Part shown: piece after piece, positions 46,843-57,460 of the stretch | How positions within the stretch are numbered: position 1 is the first letter of the stretch | Layout: every line of letters starts with the position of its first letter | Assembly (NCBI RefSeq): GCF_006345805.1 | Contig: NC_042998.1 | Span: forward strand, 56,544,001-56,608,000 | Direction of reading: 5' to 3' | Source of the DNA: Octopus sinensis | Taxonomy: Eukaryota | Length of the DNA: 64,000 nt | Program-made: the position numbers and the translations under genes | Notes under the pieces: model-generated | What the model saw: only the letters and a program-made list of their open reading frames with translations | What the model was told of the DNA's origin: nothing | Database searches by the model: none

Positions 46843-49426
46843 ATTAATGTGCAATATGTGGATGTGTAGAATCTTGTGGTAATCACACACAAAAAAATCT
46901 GCATGCATGCATGCATACATACATACATGCATGCATGCATACATACATACATACATACATACATACATACATACATACATACATACATACATTCGTTCAT
47001 TCATTCGTTCATTCATTCATTCGTTCATTCGATTGCATCGACTCTAGAATATCCCCGGCTTTTAATTGATTGATAAAAAAAATGATGAAAGGGAAATTCG
47101 ACCATGAGAAGATTTGAACTCGAAGTCGAGAGATAAAATAAAATATACGATATCAATCAAGCTTTTTTTAGTTACGACTACAAGCATTATTGTAATACAT
47201 TCAAGGCGGCGAGCTGGCAGATACGTTAGCACGCCGGGCGAAATGTGTTACGTTCTGAGTTCAAATTCCGCCGAGGTCGACTTTGCCTTTTATTCATTCG
47301 GGACCGATAAATTAAGTACCAGTTACGCACTGGAGTCGATATAATCGACTTAATCCGTTTGTCTGTCCTTGTTTGTCCTCTCTGTGTTTAGCCCCTTGTG
47401 GGTAGTAACGAAATAGGTATTTCGTCTGCCGCTACGTTCAGAGTTCAAATTCCGCCGAAGTCGACTTTACCTTTCATCATTTCGGGGTCGATAAATTAAG
47501 TACCAGTTGCATACTGGGTCGATCTAATCGACTAGTCCCCTCCCCAAAAATTTCGGGCCTTGTGTCTAGAGTAGAAAAGATTATTCTAATACTTTATAGC
47601 ACAATATTAATTCCTTCTAGTGTTGGGTTGATTAAGTGGGTGTGGAATGCTAATTTGACAATGACAACACGTGTATTTTCTATGGTAGGCTTCTGAAATA
47701 CATTTCTGGAACAGGGCCAGTCCTCTCTAGCTCAAAAGTTCCTAAGTACTCCACTATTAAGGTATTTTAAATAGCCTTTCCGTAATAGCCACCGATTATT
47801 CTCCTCCAATTCAGCTCGTAACCCAATACGTTGTTGCTTAACTACTGTTGCTATAGCGGCAGACTGCCTGCCAGCTCTCCCTTTCTCTTCTCTCCCTAGT
47901 GTTAATTAACTAGGCAGTTTTTGCAAATAGCGATCACTACTTTCTTTTAAACAGTAATGCATGCCGTTTACGATTTCTCCAAAAATTTCCCCTTATCTCT
48001 CTCGCGATATATATATATATACGAATTTATGTTTGCAACATTTTTTACATAAGTATTAAGCTTCAGTTTTATTGAATAAAATGGGGGTATGTGTACCATT
48101 CAATGCATTCTCCTAAAAAAAAAAAGTTTGCAAATAGTAATCAGTAAAGTCAGTTAATTTAAAACTCCATCACTACACCCGCAATGCGCACATGCACCGT
48201 ACAATTCTATTATAGGGACGAAGCTTCTACGTCGTCGCTTGCCAGGTTCAGCTACCTTTGACGTCATAGAGTTTTCAAAATACGGATCTCTTAATACATT
48301 TTAATCTCTTAAAATCTTAGAATTTACAGTAATAGTAGTTAAAGCTAGAACGTTAAGTCACCACCATAGCAAGAGTTAGCACGCGCAGAATTTTACCACG
48401 AGCTGGAGTATTTCACTTTAAAAGAGCCAGCATTGCATATTCTAAATAAAAATATTTATATTTCATAGCATTGATACTAATTGATTTTTATTTACAAATA
48501 TTTGTGTTTTATTTCATAAGTTTACCTGGATATACGTTTTATTCCCGCTAAGAAGCCTAGTTTCACTATGGTATCTGCATATTTAATTACGTATAACAAT
48601 CGTAGTATTGGCAATATACGCAACGAAGTTTACGAAGTTCTTACAAACTAACGTATATGTGCAAGATTTCGGCTTCGTTTGGGATTTTTGCTTATATAGA
48701 CAAGAAGCTGGTACTTTTGGAGGAAAAGAAGTGGTAAATTGTGAATTTAAGCTTTTCGTAGAAACTGGAACGTAGTGGCAGTCGCTGTTCACCAAGAATT
48801 TAACCGGTACCATAGTTATACTACTATTTAGGCGGGACAACCTCTGCGCTGACATTGAAATAATATCCAAATCTCCCTTAAAACAAACCTTACTATCTTA
48901 AAGAAATTAAGTGTCGTGAACAATGCAAATAACAGACATACTAAAAGATGGGGTGGTCACGGTTCGAACGCTTTTGAGCATAGGTTTGCTCGGTCTGGAC
49001 AGAAATAGTGGATAAACAATAACAGCTATTTACATATATACACAAATGAATAAACATTATGCCCACCAATACATAAACAAAACCGAAGTTGCAACTATAT
49101 CTTGGAACGATGCCAGAAATGGAAGCCAGTTTAAGAAATTATAACTGTCTTGGAAATATTTCAATTACCTTTACACTGGCATTTTGTTTTATTTGTTCTT
49201 CAGATTGCAGTTGCTTGTTAACAGTGGTCACCGAGTCGCCATCATCAACTTCAACTTCCTTCTCGATAGGCTCGTCGCTGGTTTCTTTCTCAGGCAGAGA
49301 ACATGTTTCGTCTGCTTTCTTATCATCGCGACTTCGTCGCTTCAAGACATAGAAAGTGTAACCGGCTATTATTGACAAGCCGGCTGTAATCACCATAGCT
49401 ACGAAAGGCCGTATGCCTTTCCACAT
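34309..49426 (-). CDS. ARL10: ADP-ribosylation factor-like GTPase of the ARL9/ARL10 subfamily, 262 aa, 4 exons (49426-49169, 43057-42877, 36691-36507, 34473-34309)
   Basis: RVLVLGVEKAGKTT (G1), PTQGF (G2), WEVGG..NLR.HW (G3 of the E-x-GG type typical of ARL9/10), YVIDS, ASKQD (G4), plus an N-terminal hydrophobic anchor. Phases 0/1/0 are consistent. Probably co-orthologous to vertebrate ARL9 and ARL10, so the symbol is approximate. Confidence 0.88.
35678..35907 (-). mobile_element. SINE family A with 17-bp TSD, ARL intron 3
   Basis: TSD CAAAGGTGATTATCTTA at 35661-35677 and 35908-35924. Confidence 0.92.
36507..36691 (-). CDS. ARL10: ARL9/10 exon 3 (G3, G4)
   Basis: GGAPNLRPHWGRYIDGTNLLLYVIDSTDAKLVDLAKDELNKLVKANQYLDTIPWLIIASKQ; GTAAGT donor. 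Confidence 0.95.
37013..37515 (-). mobile_element. RTE 3'UTR-derived element containing a 44-bp x4 minisatellite (37206-37381)
   Basis: Shared 3' end; unit GGGCCAGACAGGCGGTACTGGCAACGACCTCGCTCGAATTTTTT starts at 37206, 37250, 37294, 37338. Confidence 0.88.
37781..38467 (+). mobile_element. Degraded CR1 3' half in ARL intron 2
   Basis: Same RT C-terminus and tail ...GCACTATATACAATAATTTCATTAT as the 50-51 kb element. Confidence 0.85.
38468..38790 (-). mobile_element. RTE-clade LINE 3' fragment (second subfamily)
   Basis: RRMCYAGHCWRSKDEISNDFLLWKPKHG...AMEDQDIW resembles RTE ORF C-termini. Confidence 0.7.
39041..39395 (+). mobile_element. tRNA-derived SINE (family C), full length, poly(A) tail, 11-bp TSD
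   Basis: TGGCTCAGTGG box A, degenerate box B; core TTGAGCAAGACACTT..GCTCCAGT..CAGCTG; TSD ATTCAACCTTT at 39030-39040 and 39396-39406. Confidence 0.88.
40250..40620 (-). mobile_element. SINE family B
   Basis: Collinear with 25388-25782. Confidence 0.82.
40975..42545 (+). mobile_element. RTE LINE internal fragment (APE C-terminus to RT N-half), pseudogenised, antisense in ARL intron 2
   Basis: GDFNG..GTRNEEG..QIDFIL..PQHRLV; KAPGPSGITAEML; YKGKGDALDRNNYRGIKL; QFGFVPGRST; AFVDLEKAFDRVP. Confidence 0.92.
42877..43057 (-). CDS. ARL10: ARL9/10 exon 2 (G1, G2)
   Basis: TTRIDDHNKKRVLVLGVEKAGKTTFISAMSNQLSSEKYVPTQGFSVVTTSVGEKALNFWE+G. Confidence 0.95.
44720..44950 (+). mobile_element. SINE family A with (ATT)n tail, ARL intron 1
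   Basis: Box A/B head; CCTTGTGCCTATAGT..AAAGG(ATT)n tail. Confidence 0.85.
46201..46798 (-). mobile_element. Internally deleted mariner (Tc1/mariner) element with degenerate TIRs between (TA)n tracts
   Basis: Minus frames: EKWIVYN..RKRLWS..KKVMLSIWW..ELLP.NQTINS and QQLMKLEEAIKEKRPEL..LGWEVM..PSYSPVLA; both ends carry TATT..GCAAGAAAGT in inverted orientation. Confidence 0.85.
46799..47030. repeat. Compound microsatellite (TA)n / (GCAT)n / (CATA)n / (TTCA)n
   Basis: Directly visible. Confidence 0.9.
47205..47585 (+). mobile_element. Composite (dimeric) SINE family A, ARL intron 1
   Basis: Full copy 47205-~47417 followed by a 5'-truncated copy with the alternative tail; CpGs intact. Confidence 0.88.
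49169..49426 (-). CDS. ARL10: ARL9/10 exon 1 (TM anchor + acidic linker)
   Basis: MWKGIRPFVAMVITAGLSIIAGYTFYVLKRRSRDDKK...NASVK; GTAATT donor; CpG-rich context. Confidence 0.82.
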
Positions 49427-49605
49427 TTTCGAGCGGAGAGAGATTTGCCAATTATTCACTTGCTGAATGAAAGAGGAACAGACGATAGTCAGAACGAGTT
49501 TCGATTAAAAGTACTTATTCCATTCATTCGAGCCAATTCATTGACACATTCTTTAAAAGTCGATACAATTGTTACATTCTTAAAAAGTAAGAGAACGGAG
49601 GCGCG

Positions 49606-49625
49606 CACTTCCGGTTCTCGCGAGA
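49606..49625. promoter_or_regulatory. ETS site (CCGGAAGTG on minus) abutting a perfect TCTCGCGAGA palindrome, upstream of the ARL9/10 ATG
   Basis: CACTTCCGG at 49606-49614 and TCTCGCGAGA at 49616-49625, 180-200 bp upstream of the ATG. Confidence 0.55.
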
Positions 49626-50024
49626 GGATTTGCACGAGAAAATAAGAAAGTTGTGCCGGGTTAAGTGACTTACTCTATGTCCATCAGCTAAATTATGAGT
49701 TCAAATCCTGCCAGGACCGTTTTTGCTCTTCATCATTTCAGATTTATAAACTAAATATCAGCAATGTATTGAATTAATTATCAATCAACAGCACCTAGTA
49801 TATTTACAAACATTAAATGAATAAAAATTGCTAAAATCTAAATCAACCTGCATATCATCCCTAATTTTACAGATGGCTATGATTCATAATTTGACTGATT
49901 CCGATGTGAAGTTGGGTGGTATATGGTTTTCCCAAGTGACAAAACTGGTATTTATGTTATACAGTAAGGTGAACATTTGCTCAAGGGTTGTATGGTAGAT
50001 CTCTCCAACTTATATCTTTAATAA

Positions 50025-51604
50025 TAATAATAATGAAATTATTGTATACAGTGCTCAGGTGCACCACAACTTGTCAGAAAGTGCATATAAAGTACATGCA
50101 GTAATGTAAAAATGTCTGGAAAGCGAACAATGTATGAGTCAGATACATGCCTGTGTGTGTATGGAGGGGAGAAAATCAGGTGTAGTGTTGGCGAATCTCA
50201 GAAAGCATGGAAGTTTTGAAGGATGCAGTGCTCCGACAACTAACAACTGATGCCGGCAGTTTGTTCCATGCTTCAGCAACTCCCAGCGTGAAAAAATGTT
50301 TCCTGAAGTCATGGGAGCTGTGCTGTTTTCTGACTTTGTAAATATGTCCACGGGTGTTAGATGGGTGGAGTTTGAAAAGGTGCTCAGAGTTATTGTTTGT
50401 ACGATGGTTGATAATTTTATGTGTCCATGCCCAGGGAAGTAAGGCATTCAGGATATGGCAAATGCCTGATGGAGGGTATTCTTTTGGTTGCATGTCGCTG
50501 AACAGCTTCCAGACGATTGATACCCTGGGCAAGATAGGGGTTCCAGACCGGTGATGCAAATTCCAGGTGAGGTCTTACCATAGCTATATAAAGCTGCAGA
50601 TAGATAGCCGAAGAGCAGCTCACAAAGGATTTGGTAAGTGATGCCAAGACACCCTCAGCCTTCTTGACAATTTTAGCGATGTGTTTTGTCCAACGCAAAT
50701 CAGTCAACAATAACACCCAGGTCACGTTTACATGACTTTTTGAGACTAGTGTTGTGGAGGGAGTAGGTGGACACTGGGTTTCTCCTCCCAAAATGCATGG
50801 TGGTACATTTGTCCACAGCCAGCTTGAGTTGCCAGTCCATGATCCACTGCTGCATTGTGTCCAGGTCTGCTTGCAATAGAGATCTATAGTGTACAGGATT
50901 TGACCTCTTTATTTCGAGGTACAGCTTGATGTCATCTGCATATTTCAGCACTGTGGCATTCTTTAAGTTGACATCTATGTCATTAACATATGCAACAAAT
51001 AAAAGGGGGCCAAGAACAGATCCCTGTGGTACACCAAATGTCATCTCATAGGGCGAAGAGTGCTGTCCTAGAACTGTGACAACCTCTTTTCGGCTGAAAA
51101 TAAAGGACTTCAACCAGTTATAGAGTTTGTCTCTTACATCCAACGCAGAAAGCTTCACCATAAGTCTTTTGTGTGGCACAGAGTTAAAAGCCTTAGCAAA
51201 GTCCAGGTAAACAACATCCACCCAGGATCCGCGATCAGTGATTTGGGTAACGTCCTCAAGAAACTCGATGAGTTGATTACAGCAGCTGGAGTTAGGAATA
51301 AATCCGAATTGTGACGGCTGGATGAGGCTGTGAGAGTTCCAGAAGTTCCAGAGGGTTTCTCTGATACAGGATTCCATCAGTTTGGCCATGCAGCTAGTAA
51401 GACTGATGGGGCGATAGTTGACAGGTGATGTGCGGTCGCCTTTTTTGAACAGAGGGATGACACTGGCAGTTTTCCACTGTTCTGGAGTAACACCATTGTC
51501 AAGTCAGAATTGGAAGAATAGAGAAAGTTGGCTTAGAAGAAAGTACCCACCGCGTTTGAGAAGTAGGTATGTAACACCATCGAGACCAGGAGAGGCATAA
51601 TTGC
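50025..51604 (-). mobile_element. 5'-truncated CR1-type LINE: reverse transcriptase pseudogene, 3'UTR and (ATT)n tail
   Basis: KKGDRTSPVNYRPISLTS, QFGF, YLDFAKAFNSV, GVPQGSVLGPLLF, YADD; one stop and two frameshifts. Confidence 0.95.
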
Positions 51605-51918
51605 GTTTAGACATATATAATAAATTAAAACCTGTTTATAATGAAATTGATATTAAAGAAGCATACAGAAAATTAGAAGATGTGGAGACAAACCCTATAG
51701 CAGGTACTGGTGTCTAAACAGTAGTTAAATTAGTGTTACTGTGTCATGGTTATTATAAACACTTATCAGTTTATATACATCATTTATTGCTGTTATTACA
51801 AGGATACATGCAATACAGACTGAGTCAATCTTATATAAACATTATGCTTTGAGGTGCCAGAGTTCTTCAACAGATAATTGATAATTAAGCTGATTTTTTC
51901 ACATTGCTGAAATTACAT

Positions 51919-52790
51919 AGTGACCCTGAGAGAAATGCTGGATATAAGAAGCATCAGATGTGGTGTGCAAGAGCGACGCTTGCGATGGTATGGTCATGTG
52001 CTGCGGATGGATGAGGAGAGATGTGTGAAGAAGTGCCACTCCCAAACAGTTGAAGGTATCAGGGGGAGAGGTAGACCCAGGAAGACATGGGATGAGGTAG
52101 TCAAGCATGACCTCAGAGCGTTGGGCCTCACTGAGACAATGGCGAAGGACCGAGATCTCTGGAGATATGCTGTGACTGCAAAGACCCGGGCTGCTTCCTG
52201 CATCAGTTCCGCATAGCCCCTGCCCATTCAAAGTACCCCGGATCCCAGAACGTGCCGCTGTGCTTGAGGAGACTTGTTGAGTCAAGTACATGAACATGAA
52301 CGTCGAAATAAATATCAATGGAAATAGTAGTTGTGATGCCTGTGCCAGTGGCACATAAAAAGCACTATCCGAACGTGGCCGATGCCAGCGCCGCTCCGAC
52401 TGGCTTCTGTGCCGGTGGCACATAAAAAGCACCATCCGAACGTGACTGATGCCAGCACCGCCCCAACTGGCTCCTGTGCCGGTGGCACATAAAAAGACCA
52501 TCCGAACGTTGCCAGCGCCGCCTTGGCTGGCTTCCGTGCCGCTGGCACGTTAAAAGCTCCAACCGATCATGACCGATGCCAGACCCCTCCCTGGCACCTG
52601 TGCAGGTGGCACGTAAAAAGCACCCACTACACTCGCAGAGTGGTTGGCGTTAGGAAGGGCATCCAGCCGTAGAAGCTCTGCCAGATCAGACTGGAGCCTG
52701 GAGCAGCCCCTGGCTTCCCAGACCCCGGTCGAACCGTCCAACCCGTGCTAGCACGGAAAACGGACGTTAAACGATGATGATGATGATGAT
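51919..52790 (+). mobile_element. RTE LINE 3' end: ORF C-terminus, modular 3'UTR repeats and (GAT)n tail
   Basis: [21 protein letters not shown] continues into five 60-67 bp repeat units and ends GGACGTTAAACGATGATGAT. Confidence 0.92.
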
Positions 52791-54699
52791 GTGTTGATCC
52801 TTTATCCAGATTGGGCATAGAGCTGTGAAAACAGCTATTAGGAGTATTGCACTTGTTTGAGTATGAAGCTGTGAAAGCAGCTATAAGAGAGAAAATTCAC
52901 TTGAGACTGATTCAACAAAACCCAAATTCTCTCTGCTTTTTTTTGTGCTAAAAGCTGCTATATTTAAGGTTTTGTTGAAGGAAGGTTCTAGAGATTATCA
53001 CATGAACAAAATGTTCAGATTAGCTGAAATGGAGTTTGCATACATGATAAACTTGTGATTTACATGTAATCGAAAATGGAGTTGGAAACAACTGCCATAA
53101 TACTTCTACTTGGATTATCTGACACTTAACCTGACTACCACTCATCATAGATATCCCACCTGCACCAGTGCAGTTTTCTCTCTGCATGCTACAGCTTATG
53201 TCCAGTTTTAATCTCAGCTCATTTATGTCCTATGATCCATATATGTTGTGGTTGTGTTATGATTAATACATTGAATGATCATTGATAATAAGTGAGGGGA
53301 AAGAATTATCTTCAGCAGTGTTTATCAATAACATTTTTATATAGATAATGTACAATTTTTTGTATGCATGTTATGTTTGTGAATTGACAAGTAAAAAAAA
53401 ATTGCCAAAAGATATGAGCTGAAATATCTCATACAAATAATGTGAAACGCAACCTCTGGTTACAAGACAAATAATCTCTTAGAGAGAATGTAAAGGGCTG
53501 AGAATTATCTGATTAAACATGGTTCTAAAAACACATAACCTATAGCTGTATAGGGGGAATGTTGGTAAAAGATTACCCACTTTAGTAACAGTGTTTATAG
53601 AGAGGTCCCGTGAGAGCTTTTGAGAAGCATGTGAAATGGAATATCAGAAGGCATTTTTATACAAAACATTTTAGCTTATTAAGTAATAATGAGAGCTGAC
53701 AAGTCATGAGTGTAGCTGGTGTATGTGCATGAGTCAGTGAAAGCTTCATGACCTATGTTTGAAATTTGGATTCAGTTAGAAGTCATGAGTTAACAGAAAC
53801 TGAGCTAGGGTAAACAAAAATATACTGTTCATTATATGGCAGAATTGTGGACTGATGGCATTTAGAAATTTGTGGAGTGAAGTTTGCATGTAAGAAATAG
53901 GATGTTCATGATGTGATCAGAGTTAGCAGTGTGAAGTTGATGTGAAAAACAAAGAGGCTGTTCCAATGATGAAGCGATGTTGTTTATATACTGTCTTTCT
54001 GCTAATTGATTAAAATACCTGCTTCTCTTCTTGGGCAGAGAACGGCTTTTGGTATTAATACACAACCAGCCCTGATTGGCTGGAGTTTGCTATGGCACCA
54101 TTATGTTACAATGTGGTAACAAAAATAGCTTTCCTGACATGCTATAATAATAGCTCATTCTGGTGTATTTATAAGTTCTAAAATATTCCAAATTGATGTC
54201 AAAGGTGAATGACTGGCAAAAGTGTCAATAGGTGATGTATAATTTTCACAGGATTATAATCAAAATTAACTTGTCAATTTTACTAAATATAGTAATATTG
54301 GTTTCAAATTTTAGCACAAGGCCAGAAATTTTGGGGTAGTGGATTACATTGACCCTAGTGATAAACTGGTACTCATTTTATCAACCTTGAAAGAATGAAA
54401 GGCAAATTCAACCCCAGTGGCATCTGAACTCAGAACATAAAGAAATGAAATGCCACTAGCATTTTGCCTGGTATGCTAACAGTTCTTCCAGCTCACCACC
54501 TTATAAAATATAGTAATATTAATTGCTACTAGCAATTATCTCTGATCAACATAGGCAATATATAGTTATACTATTCGCCAGTGGTTTGACTTTCAAATTG
54601 AAATATTCCTAGTTCAAATTTGAGGAAGTCTATGTACTACAATGCTTAAATTACAAATCCAGGAGAGTATTCTCATTTCATTTTTATTTGGCTTTCACA

Positions 54700-55140
54700 C
54701 TCATCATGTTCCATTACTATGCAATATATTTCATACACATGTGCCATATAATCAGCCCTTCACTTGGAGATTCCTTTTGAGTAGGAAAAAAAAAGTCCAG
54801 GAGGCTATCATATCTGTTGGGAACTGTTCTCTAATTTCACAGTACATATGTCCACTGCTAAATAGAAGGGTTAGGGGACAGAAGCTGTCAACTATTTCTA
54901 GCAAATTCTCTGTGAATTTGAAAGAATTCAATTCATGGGTATTCTCACATCTACTTTTGTACATTTGTTATATACTAAGTTTTCTTATCACACTACATCT
55001 CTTTTTCATCTGTAATTTACATCAGGTACACATAAATTCCCTACCTGCCATTTTATTGTACATTAAGCATAGCCACTTCTCAGATTGCAGTAGATTCCCC
55101 AAGTTCTTTCCCTGTTTACTAGAACTTGTATTTTACTAAG
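54700..55140 (-). mobile_element. Old, degraded RTE fragment
   Basis: LEIVDSFC..SSG..LQVKG remnants on the minus strand. Confidence 0.55.
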
Positions 55141-56227
55141 TTTATTAAAATCTTCATTCTAGACTTTCCCATGTTTAGAATTTCTGCATTAATTCAACAT
55201 ATTTGGCTGTGGACACTAACTCATTGGTGTATTTAAGTTTCCACAGGAAATCTATTTAAACTCTTTTATAACCTAGAGGAAGCTGAAAACTGATAGACAC
55301 CTACTCCTGTGCCTATTTCTTTGCTTTCACCTGACTGATATTTCTGCAATTCATCTATGCCCAGTTTTCATAGCAACCATCAGACTACTACTGAGCATGG
55401 TACTCTGTCAAACTCTATCCCTAGATCAATGAATGTTAGATTGTAAATGACTTGCTCTTGGTGAGACAACAGAAAAAGTTCACAGCTAAGTAGAGATTAT
55501 CAGTGATTTCTTATCCTAACTTCATCTTTCACAATTTAGTCCTTCAATTTGATGTTGCTCGTTTTTAGAGCATCTTCTTTGGCCTTTTTGTTGACACTGC
55601 TGCTATGCTAATTATCAAAGACAGTAGGTTGCTGTACTGATTCACTATGTGTGTTTTACATTAGATATTTTTCAGTATCTCAACCTATGTAACTCAGTCC
55701 TACTGCTTACTTACCTTCACAAACTAAAAAAGCTCTTTCATCATCCTCATTTAAGGTCCGCTTTCCATTAAACGGTGATGATGAAAGAGCTATTTAGTTT
55801 ATTGGTTGCTCTGTTGAATTTGCCTAAAGTAGGCCGTCCTTATTGTTCATTTATCAGCATTTCCATATCTCATTTCTTCCTGGCATCTGATGTATAACTA
55901 GCACAATCCAGGACATTGACAAACATTTCTACACCTCTTCTTACTAAATACACCTGATGTCAAGCTGTCTGCTACCCTTCTTTATTCTTGAGCCTGCATT
56001 TTAATGGTATTGTTCTATCTTCATCCATCCTTAGAGCTGATGTAGATGTATGGTCCTCTGCTAGATACACCCAGTCATCCCTTGTGCGTTAATTTCATTT
56101 GCTGGTACTTTATTTTATCAAACCTGGACAGATGAAAAGCAAAGTGACCGTGTCAGGATTTGAGCTCAATGTAAAGAGCCAGAAAAAATAGATATTTTGT
56201 TCAGCACTAATGATTCTAATCTGTCAC

Positions 56228-56625
56228 TTAATAATAATAATAAAACATTGTGTACAGTGCTCAGGTGCACTACAACTCATCTAAAGTGTATATATAATCA
56301 GGTGTAGTTTCGGCGGATTTCGGAAAGCATGAGGGCCTTAAAGGATGCAGTGTCATGGCAGTCAACAACTGACGCAGGCAGTTTATTCCATGCTTCAGCA
56401 ACTCTGAGCGTGAAAAAATGTTTCCGAAAGTCATGGGAGCTGTGTTGTTTTCTGACTTTGTAGGCATGTCCACGTGTGTTAGACACATGGAGATCAAAAA
56501 GGTGTTCAGTGTTGTTGTTGGTGAGGTGGTTGATAACTTTGTGGGTGTTTACCAAGTCCGTCGCCAGACGCCGGAGCTTCAGTGAATCCATGCCCAGGGA
56601 AACAAGGCGCTCAGAATATGGTGAT
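56228..56625 (-). mobile_element. CR1 3' fragment (related subfamily)
   Basis: SNTRGHAYKVRKQHSSHDFRKHFFTLRVAEAWNKLPASVV; (ATT)n tail. Confidence 0.9.
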
Positions 56626-57460
56626 AATTTTAAGTGTTTTACTTAGCTGGCATGGATTGGATGAGTCTATTCCAACACTTGTTCCTTATCTCTTTCATGA
56701 ACTTGAACATCTTGTGATCACCATCACTTCCAGTTTTTTTTTTACTTGGATTACTTAACTCTTCTTAATCCAGCTGTCATCCTTAATGACACTGTAATAC
56801 AGAACATTGCACAGACATTACATCTATGCTCATTTTCTCAGAGTTCACCCATGCTCTCATTTGCATAGAGCTGACTCATCAGACAGAGACTGCTTCCTTA
56901 ATTTCATTCTGGTTCTCATATAACGTCTGCATTTCGTACTCACATATCACAACCATGCATCATGAACTTTGCACATAAGTATCAAACTGCCTGTAAAGTT
57001 AACTTTTTAAAAATACATTAGCATGGAAGAGAACAATTTTAAAAATATACACTTAGAAACAAGTACAATAATTGTTTCTTTAAGTCTACCTAGTTTTGAC
57101 ATCTAGTAATGAAAACAATTGCTTAAACTGTTACATAAAATTACTGATGAGCCGGCAGTATTTATTGTTCATACTAAACTTACTATGGAGTATACACATC
57201 CATTTTAGCCATCACTACATTACACCAGTCCCTCAGAAAGGCATAAGTAACTTATAAATTTTCAAAACTTTATGAATATATATATATCTATATATATTGA
57301 GGTTATAAGAGGTAACGGTGTCACTGAGACCCAAAGGTGTCAGGTAATGCTGAATAAGTGTTATAGACAGACCATAGTTAAGTTCCAAGTTCAGTAATTT
57401 TGCAAACAAGGGGTTCAATGTTGGTTCTATGTCAGCATGTGTGTATAAGAATTTTTTGGG

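Noticed and set aside
48583-48870. 95-aa minus ORF and its open antisense frame in ARL intron 1
   Set aside because: Non-ATG start, no homology, no clear splice sites
49427-49459. N-terminal extension of ARL exon 1 shown in the ORF track (MNNWQ...)
   Set aside because: Starts at GTG; the first ATG is 49426. The same applies to the HIGD2A track start at 18775 versus ATG 18814.
51899-52501. 200-aa minus-strand ORF
   Set aside because: Antisense read through the GC-rich RTE 3' end and its repeat units
54642-55139. 165-aa plus-strand ORF
   Set aside because: Antisense to a degraded RTE fragment; no recognisable domain or splice context
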